A DNA stretch of 64,000 nucleotides from Spirochaetia bacterium (lineage in GTDB: Bacteria > Spirochaetota > Spirochaetia > SZUA-6 > Bin103): the NCBI GenBank assembly GCA_965203055.1, contig OZ241863.1, forward strand, positions 2,336,001-2,400,000. The letters are read 5' to 3'. This document shows positions 62,894 to 64,000 of the stretch, one piece after another. A program made the translations under genes and the position numbers. Every line of letters begins with the position of its first letter. Within the stretch, counting starts at the first letter, position 1. The notes under the pieces are model-generated. The model saw nothing but the letters and a program-made list of their open reading frames with translations. It was not told the origin of the DNA and searched no databases.

Positions 62894-64000
62894 TCAGGCC
62901 GCCGCCTGCAGCGGCGCCACCAGCCGCTCCAGGGCTACGCCGCGCGAGCCCTTGAGCAACACCGTGTCGCCGCGCCGCACGGAGTCGAGGACCGCGGCCT
63001 CCAACTCCTCGTAGCGCGTGGTCCACAGCACCGGGCGGCCGTAGCCGGCGGCCGCCAGCGCCTCCGCGGTGGCCGCGGTTTCAGCGCCGAACAGAAACAC
63101 CGCGGCCGGTTCGGCGGCGGCGATCAGGTCCCCCAGCGCCGCATGCGCGCGCGCCGCGGCGGCGCCCAATTCGAGCATGCTGCCGAGCACCAGAAGAATC
63201 CGCCCGCCGCCGGGCAGCTCGGCGGCGAAGCGCATGGCCGCCGCCATCGACTCCGGGTTGGCGTTGTAGGCGTCGTTGACGATGGTGCAGCGGCCGTGAA
63301 TCACCTGCGATCGCCCGGCCACCGGGCGCACTGCCTCGAGGCCGCGGCGAATCGCTGCCGCGCAAACTCCAATGGTCGTCGCCACCGTGATTGCGGCCAG
63401 CACGTTGGCGACGTTGTGAGTGCCAAACAGAGGGAAGTGAATCTGGAGCCCCTCCCAGTTGATGAGCGAGCCATCCAGCCCCAGAGATTCACTTCCCTCA
63501 TATCCTTGCGTAGTAGTGGGTCCGAACGGGACCAGCGTGACGCCGGCCGGCAGCGGCAAGCGGTCCGCCGCCAGGAGTTGCTCCCCCTCCGGAACGAAAG
63601 CGCAGCCGCCGGGCTGCAGATAGTGGAACAGCCGGCTCTTCTCGGCCGCGATCCGGCCGCGCGAGCGCAGCGCCGCCAGATGGGCGCTGCCGATGCCGGT
63701 AATCAGGGCGTGGTGGGGAAGCGCCAGCTTGCCCAGCAGGTCCATCTCCCCGCAGCGGTCGATGCCCAGCTCCAGCACCGCCAGCCGGTGGTGCGGTTCG
63801 AGGCCCATGATCGCCAGCGGCAAGCCGATGTCGGAGTTGTAGTTGCGCTCCGTCTCGTAGGTTGCGGCGTGCTGCGCCAGGATCGAGCCGAGGAGGCGGC
63901 GGGTGGTGGTCTTGCCGTTGGAGCCGGTCACGGCAATGCGCACGGCGGAGTGGCGCGCGCGGTGCTCGGCGGCAACTCGATGCAACGCCAGCAACGGATC
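62894..64000 (-). CDS. murF: UDP-MurNAc-tripeptide--D-Ala-D-Ala ligase (5' end beyond the window)
   Basis: AVTGSNGKTTT, NYNSDIGLPL, NDAYNANPESM, LGSMLELG and LLKGSRG. Confidence 0.94.
   Translation of the reverse strand, partial: DPLLALHRVAAEHRARHSAVRIAVTGSNGKTTTRRLLGSILAQHAATYETERNYNSDIGLPLAIMGLEPHHRLAVLELGIDRCGEMDLLGKLALPHHALITGIGSAHLAALRSRGRIAAEKSRLFHYLQPGGCAFVPEGEQLLAADRLPLPAGVTLVPFGPTTTQGYEGSESLGLDGSLINWEGLQIHFPLFGTHNVANVLAAITVATTIGVCAAAIRRGLEAVRPVAGRSQVIHGRCTIVNDAYNANPESMAAAMRFAAELPGGGRILLVLGSMLELGAAAARAHAALGDLIAAAEPAAVFLFGAETAATAEALAAAGYGRPVLWTTRYEELEAAVLDSVRRGDTVLLKGSRGVALERLVAPLQAAA

Overview
A very GC-rich bacterial chromosome segment, almost entirely coded on the minus strand. It most likely comes from a member of the Spirochaetota; this is inferred from the Treponema-like order murF-ftsW-ftsQ-ftsA-ftsZ-xerD-dprA-xerC, the spirochaete-type FlhB N-terminus (HLQWFAA), a homodimeric GlyRS and an LIC_12708-like gene next to secA. 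It has four parts. (1) 1-12.1 kb is housekeeping: two lnt paralogs, rho, HU, rpsT, tyrS, glyQS and gltX. (2) 12.2-27.4 kb is an integrase-free defence island. It holds a tandem pair of P-loop ATPase/PD-(D/E)XK genes, a lower-GC ParB-N plus nuclease-like cassette, and a SNF2 helicase-DUF3883 / DUF1156 adenine methyltransferase / DUF499 ATPase module interrupted by a frameshifted coiled-coil membrane gene. (3) 27.4-42.3 kb has two adjacent non-canonical EF-G paralogs, pgeF, bioY, nnr, secA and two LysM-M23 genes. (4) 42.3-64 kb has a strongly pruned flagellar operon, then hslUV, xerC, dprA, xerD and the division cluster. The most notable signal is the flagellar cluster. Rod, hook, stator, FliG and FliH/I/J genes are missing from their usual positions. 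The retained genes carry concordant lesions: FlhB lacks the NPTH autocleavage motif, FlhA lacks most of its cytoplasmic domain, FliM lacks the CheY-binding peptide and FliY is reduced to a FliN domain. FliF, FliP, FlhF and FliA are intact. This pattern suggests a non-motile, possibly repurposed minimal type III export apparatus. All calls come from reading motifs by eye; no database search was run.
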